Origin: a virus
Lineage: Duplodnaviria; Caudoviricetes
IMG/VR virus record: IMGVR_UViG_2706795967_000001
Coordinates: 2,612 to 66,611 of that record
Direction: 5' to 3' (one strand)
Length of the DNA stretch: 64,000 nucleotides
Below are positions 1-8,051 of this stretch, one piece after another. Position 1 is the stretch's first letter, and each line of letters opens with the position of its first letter. The notes beneath the pieces are model-generated. The model did no database searches. It saw only the letters and a program-made list of their open reading frames with translations, and was not told the origin of the DNA. The position numbers and the translations under genes are program-made.

Positions 1-630
1 CGAGTTTCGGGCGTCCCCAGCGTACAGCCGAGCCTGGATCACATCGCCAAGCTGCAAGAGTCCATGCAGGAAGCGAACGGCATTCCGGACATCGCAGCTG
101 GAAAGGTCGATGTAGCCATCGCAGAGTCCGGAATCTCTCTCCAGCTTCAGCTGTCACCAATCATCTCGGCGGCCAGCGAGAAGGAGAACGAGATCCTCGG
201 CGTCATGGATCAGATGCTCTACGATTTGACGACGCAGTGGTTCCCGGCCTACGAGAATCTGGACTTCACGGGCGTTTCGATCTACTCGATCGTGGACGAC
301 GCGATGCCGGTCAATCGTGACGCCAAGATTCAGGAGGTCATCCTCCTATTCACCTCGGGTCTCATCACGATCGCTCACGCGCAGGCAGAACTCGCGAAGC
401 TCGGCTACTCGTTCAAGGACGGCGACGCCCTCCAGGTCCTCAAGGACGCGGCTGCTCTGGCGGCAGCGAAGAGCGGCGAAACGAACAAGTTCGAGCAGCT
501 CAAGGAACCCGAGAGTCGCGAGCTGAGCGACGACGCGGGCAAGCTGCCGGAAGGCTTCGGCGGTGCTCCCTCAGGAGGCGAGGACGCAAATCTCGGGACA
601 CCAGCAACGATCCCTCAGGCGGGTGCGTAG
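1..630 (+). CDS. Portal protein, C-terminal part (5' truncated by window edge)
   Basis: Frame is open from base 1 (RVSGVPSVQPSLDHIAKLQESMQEANGIPDIAAGKVD..AESGISLQLQLSP) to TAG 628-630. The AESG-x-L-x-L segment and position before the head genes fit an actinophage portal. Confidence 0.75.
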   Translation, partial: RVSGVPSVQPSLDHIAKLQESMQEANGIPDIAAGKVDVAIAESGISLQLQLSPIISAASEKENEILGVMDQMLYDLTTQWFPAYENLDFTGVSIYSIVDDAMPVNRDAKIQEVILLFTSGLITIAHAQAELAKLGYSFKDGDALQVLKDAAALAAAKSGETNKFEQLKEPESRELSDDAGKLPEGFGGAPSGGEDANLGTPATIPQAGA

Positions 631-645
631 GGTATACTGGCCCTC
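631..645 (+). promoter_or_regulatory. Putative -10 element (TATACT) giving a leaderless transcript
   Basis: GGTATACTGGC at 631-641; TATACT ends 7 nt before ATG 646; no SD. The identical 11-mer with identical spacing precedes the lysin gene (23345-23355). Confidence 0.55.
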
Positions 646-843
646 ATGGACGGCGGATACAATACGAGCGGAGACGTGGTACCTTCGGGAAACCGCCGCG
701 AGATGATCCGCAAATCTGCCGAAGCAGCTCGACAGCGTCGAACCGATAGAGCCCAGCGGGCCTCTGCGAAAGCCCAGGAATCCCTGGCGAAAGCACAGAA
801 GCGCGCTCTCAAGAACGGAGCGCCTGGCCGGAAGGTTAGGTAG
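646..843 (+). CDS. Small basic protein (65 aa)
   Basis: Arg/Lys/Ala-rich ORF; its stop overlaps the next GTG (TAGTG). Confidence 0.7.
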   Translation: MDGGYNTSGDVVPSGNRREMIRKSAEAARQRRTDRAQRASAKAQESLAKAQKRALKNGAPGRKVR

Positions 844-1430
844 TGGCACGACGACGTGGAGCGTGGGGTAACGCGCTCGGTGGTTACAAGCGACAGCGAC
901 GGGTCAAGGGGCGTTTCGCTTCCGGCTCGGGCGGTATGAGCCCGACGAAGCAGAACCGTCAGCTGTATCGCAAGCGGAAGCGGGCGATCAACAGGAATAC
1001 CCGGAAGAACGTCCGGAGCGAGAACTTCGCCGCATATCGTCCTTCTGTTCGCAAGGGGTTCAACGCGATCGCGCAGGCTCACGGAGCCAACCCTCGAGGC
1101 GCACAGCTGACCCGAGACATCAAGTACTCGAGCGCTCAGATGAAGAAGAGCTATCGGCAGCAGGGTCGTCAACAGAAGCGAGTGCTGAAGGCCAGCTACA
1201 AGATCGCCCAGAACAACGTGAAGATCTCCAACGCGCAGAAGTCGATCGCGGCGAGCCCTCATCTGGCCGGAACCGGCATGCACAACAGCATCAATCGAAA
1301 AATCGCGAAGCGCCAGCGGCAGAATGTCGCGATCGCTCGTCGGGCCGGTATCGCCAATCCCCGGCCGATCCCTCGCACCGGTCACATCGGCTCCGGAGTA
1401 ATGGCGATTCCGGGTCCGGGTAAGCGATAG
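843..1430 (+). CDS. Arg/Lys-rich protein with N-terminal WGNALGG motif (195 aa)
   Basis: GTG start coupled to the upstream stop; begins ARRRGAWGNALGGYKRQRRVKGRFASG. Confidence 0.75.
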   Translation: MARRRGAWGNALGGYKRQRRVKGRFASGSGGMSPTKQNRQLYRKRKRAINRNTRKNVRSENFAAYRPSVRKGFNAIAQAHGANPRGAQLTRDIKYSSAQMKKSYRQQGRQQKRVLKASYKIAQNNVKISNAQKSIAASPHLAGTGMHNSINRKIAKRQRQNVAIARRAGIANPRPIPRTGHIGSGVMAIPGPGKR

Positions 1431-1438
1431 GCTTCATC

Positions 1439-1585
1439 ATGGGCAAGCGATGGGGCAACGCTCTCGGAGGCTGGAAGTACCAGAAGCGAACGAAGAAGGG
1501 CACGTTCGCCGGCTTGGGGCTTCGAGGAAAGACTCGTAAGGGCGTCAAGAAAGTGAAGGGCTCCCTTCGACGAAAGAGGCGATAA
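1439..1585 (+). CDS. 48-aa basic protein with WGNALGG motif (missed by ORF track)
   Basis: ATG 1439: MGKRWGNALGGWKYQKRTKKGTFAGLGLRGKTRKGVKKVKGSLRRKRR*; TAA 1583-1585 overlaps the next ATG (TAATG). Confidence 0.7.
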   Translation: MGKRWGNALGGWKYQKRTKKGTFAGLGLRGKTRKGVKKVKGSLRRKRR

Positions 1586-1857
1586 TGGCTCTGAAGGCAC
1601 GGAAGTTCAAGATTCGCTTCCAGCTGCGCCCGAGGAGTTCGAAGAAGCCTCAGAGGATTTCTCTGGTTTCGCAGCGTCGCATCGTCGTGAACGGCAAGAC
1701 CGTGAAGGCGGGCCAGAAGGTCGATCTGACCGATAAGAAGCATCAGCTGAAGGCGATCGTCGCGAAGCCGAAGGCGACCAAGAATTCACGAGGCGATAAG
1801 CAGGCGACGATCAAGGCGGTCCGGAACGTGAAGGCAGGAAAGATCAACGGAGGTTAG
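1585..1857 (+). CDS. Basic protein (90 aa), ends in Gly-Gly
   Basis: Lys/Arg-rich, translationally coupled; C-terminus KAGKINGG*. Confidence 0.7.
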   Translation: MALKARKFKIRFQLRPRSSKKPQRISLVSQRRIVVNGKTVKAGQKVDLTDKKHQLKAIVAKPKATKNSRGDKQATIKAVRNVKAGKINGG

Positions 1858-1878
1858 CTCCAGAGAGGAGGAGCCGCT

Positions 1879-2062
1879 GTGTCTCGAAAGAAGAAGCGAG
1901 GAGGATCATCCCGCTTCCATTCCAAGAAGCAGTGGCGAAGACCGTTGGGCTTTCGCTAACAAAAAGAGCTGGGCTCGTCGACATGCCCACCGCACTCCTG
2001 GCGGAAAGGGTAGGCGATACCGAAGGCTTCCAACGAGGAGCCGCAAGGGAAAGAAGCGCTAG
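1879..2062 (+). pseudogene. Small basic gene interrupted by a net +1 frameshift near 1939-1945
   Basis: GTG 1879 after SD-like GAGGAG reads MSRKKKRGGSSRFHSKKQWR and stops at 1957-1959. The +1 frame from 1946 reads WAFANKKSWARRHAHRTPGGKGRRYRRLPTRSRKGKKR* and ends at 2062, abutting ATG 2063; it has no start codon of its own. Confidence 0.6.
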
Positions 2063-2818
2063 ATGGCAGGCAAGGGTCTGGTAAGAGGAAAGGCTTGGGG
2101 TAACGCTCTGGGCGGATACAAGACCCAGCCTCGAGACGCCAGCGGTCGGTTCGGCGGCAAGGCCAAGAAGCGAGCGAACTTCACAGTCATTCGCAACGGC
2201 GGTCGTACACCGAATTCCACCCCGAAACGAGTGACGAACCCCAACGCGGTTCCTCGTGCCAGTGGTCAGCGAAGCGTATTCAAGAAGGCTGACAAGATAG
2301 CCCGCAGTCGCGGAGGCGGTGTAGTTCCTTACCACCGTCACGGATACGGTCATCATACAGCCGGAGTGAACGCTGGCATCAGTATCACTCCGAATCGACG
2401 GATATCGGGTGGCGTGTACCTGCGTACCGATAACCTACGCGCCCAGAAGCGCGTTTCGAGCATGCTGAGGGCCGATGAGCAGGCCCGGATGGCTATTGGT
2501 GGTGGTGTGGCTGCCGTGTACGGCACTCAGAAGCGCAATGCCACCTGGATCAAGCGGAAACGAGACGCCCTGATCCGAAAGGGCCTCGGCAAAGAGCGCA
2601 ATCTGCCGAACTCCAACGCTTTCGGTCGAGCTGGCACTGACCGAAACGGTCTTCCGACCCTCGTGGTGCAGTACAATAGCCCCAGAGGGAAGAAGGAGCG
2701 GAGTCGTCAGGCTCGTGACACGGCGATCGTCAAGTACAACGAGGCAGCGACTCGCAGCCGGGGTCACAAGGTGAAGAAGCCGCGTCCGCAAAGGAGGAAG
2801 AAGAATGGCAAAGGGTAG
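2063..2818 (+). CDS. Arg/Lys-rich protein with WGNALGG and QPRDxxGRF motifs (251 aa)
   Basis: Begins MAGKGLVRGKAWGNALGGYKTQPRDASGRFGG. Confidence 0.75.
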   Translation: MAGKGLVRGKAWGNALGGYKTQPRDASGRFGGKAKKRANFTVIRNGGRTPNSTPKRVTNPNAVPRASGQRSVFKKADKIARSRGGGVVPYHRHGYGHHTAGVNAGISITPNRRISGGVYLRTDNLRAQKRVSSMLRADEQARMAIGGGVAAVYGTQKRNATWIKRKRDALIRKGLGKERNLPNSNAFGRAGTDRNGLPTLVVQYNSPRGKKERSRQARDTAIVKYNEAATRSRGHKVKKPRPQRRKKNGKG

Positions 2819-2885
2819 GCCGTCTCGAGGAACCGGTCGAGACAGACGACTGAAGAGGAATCGCGGGAAGAAGAAGCGCCGCTGA
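2805..2885 (+). CDS. 26-aa basic peptide (missed by ORF track)
   Basis: AGGAGG upstream; MAKGRPSRGTGRDRRLKRNRGKKKRR*; TGA ends 2 nt before ATG 2887. Confidence 0.55.
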   Translation: MAKGRPSRGTGRDRRLKRNRGKKKRR

Positions 2886-2886
2886 C

Positions 2887-3261
2887 ATGACCGCGACCGC
2901 TTTCGTACAGCGCTCGTTTCCCGAACCGTTCGATCAGGTTCTGATCGACAAGCTCCTGTCCAAATGGAGCATCGGGGACGAGCGCTGCGGCGTAATTCTC
3001 GTCGGAGGAACGATTCTAGAGCTGACGAACGGGATGGACGACCCCTCTCATTCGTTCGGACTTCTTCAAGAAGAAATCGAAGACGTTTTCAGGGCGTACG
3101 GCAAGGATTCTATCGCCGCAGTGTGGCACACTCATCCGAACAACAAGACCCGTCCCAGCGAGGAAGATCGCGAGGGTTGGCCGACCGGTTCGCTACGATA
3201 CCTAATCGTCACGCAATCTGAAGTGGCGGAATGGGCGAACCCTTTCGACAGGCTCTACTAG
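2887..3261 (+). CDS. JAB/MPN+ (JAMM) family metalloprotease
   Basis: Full catalytic signature: ERCG, WHTHP-x5-PSEED (E...HxH-x7-S-x2-D). Confidence 0.85.
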   Translation: MTATAFVQRSFPEPFDQVLIDKLLSKWSIGDERCGVILVGGTILELTNGMDDPSHSFGLLQEEIEDVFRAYGKDSIAAVWHTHPNNKTRPSEEDREGWPTGSLRYLIVTQSEVAEWANPFDRLY

Positions 3262-3291
3262 TTGCAAGCCTGCTTCCGCATGAGGTAAGCT
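3262..3291 (+). promoter_or_regulatory. Putative SigA-type promoter for the scaffold/capsid operon
   Basis: TTGCAA (3262-3267), 18 nt, TAAGCT (3286-3291); GGAGG SD before ATG 3328. Confidence 0.5.
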
Positions 3292-3327
3292 GAAGCTCGT
3301 TACTTATTCTGAGAGCCGGAGGTTCCA

Positions 3328-4074
3328 ATGAAGTCGACCGTCCTTCGTAAGGACATCGCAAAGTTCTTCGCCTTCGGCGGAGACGGTGGCAATGACGACC
3401 CGCCCAACATCAACGTTCCTGGAGCAAAGGACGAGAACAAGGGTCGCAGCAGCCGTCGACGCAGTCGTCGTCGAGACGACGACGATGACGACGACGATGA
3501 TGACATCGACCTGAGCGACTCGGGTCCGGGCTCCAAGGACAACAAGATCTACAAGTTGTCGCAGGAGAACAAGAATCGTCGCCGGGCGAACCGCGAACTG
3601 CGAGAGACGATCGCCGAGCGCGACGAGCGCATCGAGGAGCTCGAGGAGGAACTGCGCAAGGTTCCCCAGCTCCAGAGCCTGTACGAGAAGCAGAAGCAGG
3701 ACAACGAGAAGATGAAGGACACCGTCCGAGAGATGGCCCTTCGTCAGGCTCTTGGGACAGCCAAGGGCAAGGACGAGAAGCCGCTGGCATGGTACGATGA
3801 GGGCATGGTTCTTGACCTCATCGACCGCAAGAAGGTCGCGGTGGACCTCAAGGATTTCTCGGTGAGCGGTCTGGACGATCAGCTCCAGAAGATCGCCGAA
3901 GAGAAGCCGTTCCTCGTGAAGGACTCCAGCGGAGAGCCGACCGGCGGGACCAGCAGTCGCACCACGGCAACGGGTGCGGCACCCCAGAGCAGCGCGACGG
4001 GAACCGGGCAGCAGAATCAGACGAGTACGAAAGACAAGTACCAGTCTCGATTCGCTGCGTTGAACAACATCTGA
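3328..4074 (+). CDS. Capsid scaffolding protein
   Basis: Coiled-coil centre (LSQENKNRRRANRELRE), acidic and low-complexity ends, directly upstream of the capsid genes; N-terminal KFFAFGGDGG leader. Confidence 0.8.
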   Translation: MKSTVLRKDIAKFFAFGGDGGNDDPPNINVPGAKDENKGRSSRRRSRRRDDDDDDDDDDIDLSDSGPGSKDNKIYKLSQENKNRRRANRELRETIAERDERIEELEEELRKVPQLQSLYEKQKQDNEKMKDTVREMALRQALGTAKGKDEKPLAWYDEGMVLDLIDRKKVAVDLKDFSVSGLDDQLQKIAEEKPFLVKDSSGEPTGGTSSRTTATGAAPQSSATGTGQQNQTSTKDKYQSRFAALNNI

Positions 4075-4085
4075 AAGGATACGTC

Positions 4086-4463
4086 GTGGCGAACTACGAC
4101 AAGTACAACTCCAAGGTTGGAGGCTTCCGCGCGCCGCTCGCAGCCGATTGGTCGACGGACGATCTCAAGAAGGTCATCGGTGTCGGCCTGAACGCCTCGG
4201 GCCAGATCGTCAAGGGCGGTGGCAACACCGGCCTCGTCGGCATCCTGGTCCTGACCAAGGCGCTCAAGGCAGGCGACATCGTCGACCCGATGGTTCGCGG
4301 TCACGTCACCGACTTCGGCGGCAATCCCGGAACCATCTACTACGCGGACGCATCGACCGGCGTCGTGAATGCGACCTCGGCCGCAGGCAAGTATCGCATC
4401 GGTCACACCGTCGGCAAGGACTTCCTCGTCGTCGACTTCAACAAGACTCCGGTCGCGGCGTAA
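4086..4463 (+). CDS. Capsid accessory/decoration-like protein (125 aa)
   Basis: Between scaffold and major capsid genes; Gly/Val-rich beta-type sequence; strong codon bias. Confidence 0.6.
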   Translation: MANYDKYNSKVGGFRAPLAADWSTDDLKKVIGVGLNASGQIVKGGGNTGLVGILVLTKALKAGDIVDPMVRGHVTDFGGNPGTIYYADASTGVVNATSAAGKYRIGHTVGKDFLVVDFNKTPVAA

Positions 4464-4476
4464 GGAAGGAAGAGGA

Positions 4477-5640
4477 ATGATGATCGAACTGAAGACCAAG
4501 TTCTTCGCCTTCGGTGGCGACGGCGGTTACCAGACCGCAGGCGACATCGTTACCCAGACCATCGACGGTGTCGACCTGAACGCCCTCTGGGCGGAGTACC
4601 AGGAGACCATCGCTCTCTGGAACGAGCGCCGACTCGGCCTCGCAGGTTTGCTGACCTTCCCGGTCACCAACCTGATCGAGAACGTCCCGCAGGTCGGCGA
4701 CGCGGTGTTCCAGGAAGCGTCGGAGTTCGGCGAGCCGGAAGCCGGGAAGATCCCCGTCAGCTACATCCAGCTCGGCTACGACTTCAAGTGGTACGACGTC
4801 GCGAGCCGTTGGACCTGGATGTTCCTGGCCGACGCGGACGTCCGGCAGATCGACGCGCTCCACAACGCCTACCTGAACGGCGACGCGCGACTCGTGTTCC
4901 GGAAGATCATGGAAGCGATCTTCGACAACCGGAACCGTTCCGCGGACATCAACAGTCAGGCGTACAACGTCTACCCGCTCTACAACGGGGACGGAATGGT
5001 GCCGCCGGACTACGGCGTGAACGAGTTCGAGGGCACCCACTCCCACTATCTCGTCTCGGGTGGTACCGAGATCGATCCGGGCGACCTGGAGAACGCCACG
5101 GAGCACATCGAGGAGCACGGCTACTCGAAGGAAAACGGGACGACCCTCGTCCACCTCGTCAACAAGGCGCAGGCGAAGGTCATCCGCACGTTCCGGCAGG
5201 GACAGACCACCAACGGTGTCGTCGCGAACTACGACTTCATCCCGTCTGTCAACGAGTCGCCGATCATTCTCCCGGCCGAGGGCATCCTCGGTTCGCGTCC
5301 GCCGAGCACCTGGCAGGGCCTTCGTGTGCTCGGTTCGTACAACGACGCGCTCATCATCGAGCACTTCGCCATCCCGACGCTCTACATGCTGACGTTCGCC
5401 TCCGGTGGACTCGGCCAGATGGGCAACCTCGTCGGTCTCCGCGAGCATGCGAACCCGGCTTACCGGGGTCTGCGACTCATCGCCGGCAATCAGCAGGGCT
5501 ACCCGCTGACGGAGTCGTTCTACTCGCGAGGATTCGGCACCGGCATCCGCCAGCGTGGCGGAGGCGTCGTGACGCAGATCAAGGCGTCGGGTTCGTACGA
5601 CATCCCGACGCAGTACCGCAAGGGATCGGGGCTGGGCTGA
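4477..5640 (+). CDS. Major capsid protein (387 aa)
   Basis: Start reassigned to ATG 4477 after AGAGGA; size, position and very strong codon bias; N-terminal KFFAFGGDGG leader. Confidence 0.85.
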   Translation: MMIELKTKFFAFGGDGGYQTAGDIVTQTIDGVDLNALWAEYQETIALWNERRLGLAGLLTFPVTNLIENVPQVGDAVFQEASEFGEPEAGKIPVSYIQLGYDFKWYDVASRWTWMFLADADVRQIDALHNAYLNGDARLVFRKIMEAIFDNRNRSADINSQAYNVYPLYNGDGMVPPDYGVNEFEGTHSHYLVSGGTEIDPGDLENATEHIEEHGYSKENGTTLVHLVNKAQAKVIRTFRQGQTTNGVVANYDFIPSVNESPIILPAEGILGSRPPSTWQGLRVLGSYNDALIIEHFAIPTLYMLTFASGGLGQMGNLVGLREHANPAYRGLRLIAGNQQGYPLTESFYSRGFGTGIRQRGGGVVTQIKASGSYDIPTQYRKGSGLG

Positions 5641-6137
5641 TGAGCAAGCAGATCGACGAATCTCGGCCGTACACCGAGGAGGACATCGAATACGTCCTCA
5701 CCTTGGCTGGCGGTAAAGAGCGAGTCGCACTGAATGCTCAGCGATTCGCCCACCTGTCCAAGGAGGAGAAGTCCGAAGCTCAGGATCAGGCCTCGAAGGC
5801 CGATTCCGATGAGGCGCAGATCCAGCAGAAGCTGGAAGAGGCGCAACAGCAGGCGGAAGAGGACTCCTATCATCCGGACGACCTCGCGAAGGTCGAGGGC
5901 CAGACGATCAAGGAGATGCAACAGCAGCTCCGGAAGCTGGGCCTCAACGACAAGGTGACGGAGAAGGACAAGCGGGATTCTGACGATCCCGAAGATCCGT
6001 TCACCGAGAAGGAAGTCCTCGCGATCCGTCTGCTCGAGCACTACGACGCCGAGCGGAATGCCGCAGAGAACCCCGAGGGTTCCAAGGCCGACGACGAAGA
6101 CAAGGACAAGGACGAGGACGAGACCAAGTCCGAGTGA
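5640..6137 (+). CDS. Acidic virion-associated protein (165 aa)
   Basis: ATG overlaps capsid stop (TGATG). The 449-aa ORF-track version is a shadow extension over the capsid gene. Confidence 0.7.
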   Translation: MSKQIDESRPYTEEDIEYVLTLAGGKERVALNAQRFAHLSKEEKSEAQDQASKADSDEAQIQQKLEEAQQQAEEDSYHPDDLAKVEGQTIKEMQQQLRKLGLNDKVTEKDKRDSDDPEDPFTEKEVLAIRLLEHYDAERNAAENPEGSKADDEDKDKDEDETKSE

Positions 6138-6156
6138 GGTGATCCACATCTAGTGC

Positions 6157-6189
6157 AAGCCGGGGTGTTCCTCCAAGACACCCCGGCTT
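6157..6189 (+). terminator. GC-rich hairpin, probable terminator after the capsid operon
   Basis: AAGCCGGGGTGT / 9-nt loop / ACACCCCGGCTT, 12-bp perfect stem. Confidence 0.6.
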
Positions 6190-6205
6190 CGCGCTAAGGA
6201 GAATC

Positions 6206-6526
6206 ATGGCTGAAGCAGGCGCAATCGAAGACGTCAAAGACCTCCTCCCGGCGGAGAATGACTGGACCGACGACAAGATCGGGGCGAAGCTAGACGCCGG
6301 TCGTACCGTGTTCGGCGTCGTTCAGAATTACTGGGAGTCGCAGGCCGCACGGTTCCATGCTGCGATGGACGTGAACGAGAGCGGTAGCGTCCGCAGCTTC
6401 TCTCGCCTCTACGACAACGCCCTGAAGCAGGCCGAATACTGGTCGAGCCGTGTCGCGAAAGAGGAAGAGGACAACGAAGATCCTCCAATAGACCACGCCA
6501 CGATCCATCTCGCAACGAGGCTCTGA
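6206..6526 (+). CDS. Head-to-tail adaptor
   Basis: Position, size (106 aa), AAGGAG SD; DVNESGSVRSFS motif typical of actinophage adaptors. Confidence 0.7.
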   Translation: MAEAGAIEDVKDLLPAENDWTDDKIGAKLDAGRTVFGVVQNYWESQAARFHAAMDVNESGSVRSFSRLYDNALKQAEYWSSRVAKEEEDNEDPPIDHATIHLATRL

Positions 6527-6915
6527 TGGAGCACGCGGGTACACTGCCGTTCCTTCGAAACGGCACGCTGATGTTCATCAAGCAAGACCCCACGTGGGTA
6601 ACCCTGACGCCCAAGGGCAGTTCAGAGGCGTCTCGTGGCCCCGGAGGTGGTTTTGTTAAGGCATCAGGCACCCCACGGCCCGCACAGCAAGTCAAGCTAA
6701 TCTCAAGGGGTGGAGAAGGCACGACTTCTGGAGAGGGTGGGTTCGACCTCCAGTACGAATACGTGATCGTAGGTGCTCACGACGCTTCGATCGCGGTCGG
6801 TGACGAATTCACTCTCGGAGACAACCGATTTTACGTTTACTCCATGGACCCTTACAACGGGTACGAGGTGAAGGCGTACGCTCGTCAGCACGGCAGGAAG
6901 CCGACCGATGGGTAA
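6526..6915 (+). CDS. Head-to-tail stopper
   Basis: Position; beta-rich C-terminus IAVGDEFTLGDNRFYVY. Confidence 0.65.
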   Translation: MEHAGTLPFLRNGTLMFIKQDPTWVTLTPKGSSEASRGPGGGFVKASGTPRPAQQVKLISRGGEGTTSGEGGFDLQYEYVIVGAHDASIAVGDEFTLGDNRFYVYSMDPYNGYEVKAYARQHGRKPTDG

Positions 6916-7258
6916 GATGCGAATCAAGTACGACGACCGAAAACTCCGCAGGAACGTGGAGAATCTGGACGAGTACTACGACGACATGATCAAGGCGATA
7001 GTCGAATATCACGCCGCTCAGGGTGAGATCGACATGAAGACGAATGCTCCCTGGACAGACCGCACCACGGCGGCTCGACAGGGGCTGTACACGGTCGTGA
7101 ACCACGAAGGCAAGGGTCACTACACGATCATCTTCAGTCACACCGTTCATTACGGAATCTGGCTCGAGGTTAAGTTCTCCGGTCGTGACGCGATCATCAT
7201 GCCGACCGTGCTCAGTCGAGGAAGAGCCCTCATGAAAGACCTGAGGAAGATAGCATGA
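6908..7258 (+). CDS. Neck/tail-completion protein (HK97 gp10-like)
   Basis: NAPWTDRTTAARQGL and HTVHYGIWLEV motifs (APxxTG-like, YxxxLE-like). Confidence 0.65.
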   Translation: MGKMRIKYDDRKLRRNVENLDEYYDDMIKAIVEYHAAQGEIDMKTNAPWTDRTTAARQGLYTVVNHEGKGHYTIIFSHTVHYGIWLEVKFSGRDAIIMPTVLSRGRALMKDLRKIA

Positions 7259-7665
7259 GCAGCGGAGCGGTGTATCAGGCTCTCACGAACGACCCTACCC
7301 TCCAAACTCTCTGTGGCGGAACAGACAATTTCGTGTTCCCCGATTATGCGATGGAAAGCGCTCCTCGTGACGGTGTCTTTCTCATTTTGCGATGGGGTGC
7401 GCAGGATGTCACTCGCGCAATTCGCAGAGGGCCTGTCGACCTCATTGTGTGGGCACATCAGCCCAAGGAAGATTCCACGGATTACACCCTGATCAATCGT
7501 GTACTGAATCGTGCCAGAGACGTTCTCGAAGCGATGCCGAATACACCTGGACCAGACGATATCCGAGTGAACGACGTTGCCTTTCAAGGCAACGGAGGGA
7601 ACCTGTATGACCCAGGGTTCCAGACGATTACGAAGAACTCAGTGTACCGTGTGCTTCTGGCATAG
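7255..7665 (+). CDS. Tail terminator protein
   Basis: Position before the tail tube gene; 136 aa; AVYQALTND N-terminus. Confidence 0.6.
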   Translation: MSSGAVYQALTNDPTLQTLCGGTDNFVFPDYAMESAPRDGVFLILRWGAQDVTRAIRRGPVDLIVWAHQPKEDSTDYTLINRVLNRARDVLEAMPNTPGPDDIRVNDVAFQGNGGNLYDPGFQTITKNSVYRVLLA

Positions 7666-7694
7666 GGTATGATGTACCATATAACACGGAGGTA

Positions 7695-8051
7695 ATGATG
7701 GCGAATTCGAGCAACAAGCGACCTGCTGACAACGCTGAGCGGGCGCCGGAGACCACGGTTCAGGACAACGAACCCCTGACCCGTCAGGACCCGGCGATCA
7801 TCGAGACGCAGACCGCTGCGCCCGAAGGTTTGGACACCTCGTCCGGCAAGTTCGTCCAGCATCTGCCGCACAACCTGTTCGGCGCTCGCGTCATCAGCGA
7901 GGACGACTGGAAGTCGATCGGCGTCTACGACCAGGCGAGTGTCGAGTGGAACGAGGCCAACGGCTTCCGACTCCCGGTCGAGATGTTCAACGACGGTGCC
8001 CTCCAGTACCTGACCAATCGCGACGACGGTTTTCGAGTCGTCGGCGGCTGA
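7695..8051 (+). CDS. Hypothetical protein upstream of tail tube, ends VVGG
   Basis: GGAGG SD; coupled stop/start with the next ORF. Confidence 0.7.
   Translation: MMANSSNKRPADNAERAPETTVQDNEPLTRQDPAIIETQTAAPEGLDTSSGKFVQHLPHNLFGARVISEDDWKSIGVYDQASVEWNEANGFRLPVEMFNDGALQYLTNRDDGFRVVGG

Noticed and set aside
4438-5448. Long minus-strand ORFs (also 18699-20006, 27107-28303, 39881-41005, 47876-49129 and others)
   Set aside because: Antisense shadows of high-GC3 plus-strand genes; they lack motifs and start signals.
4788-5639. N-terminal extension of the 449-aa ORF overlapping the capsid gene (similarly 23464-24513, 27880-28347, 60400-60570)
   Set aside because: Alternative-frame read-through of a real gene; the true starts are the coupled or SD-preceded codons given in features.
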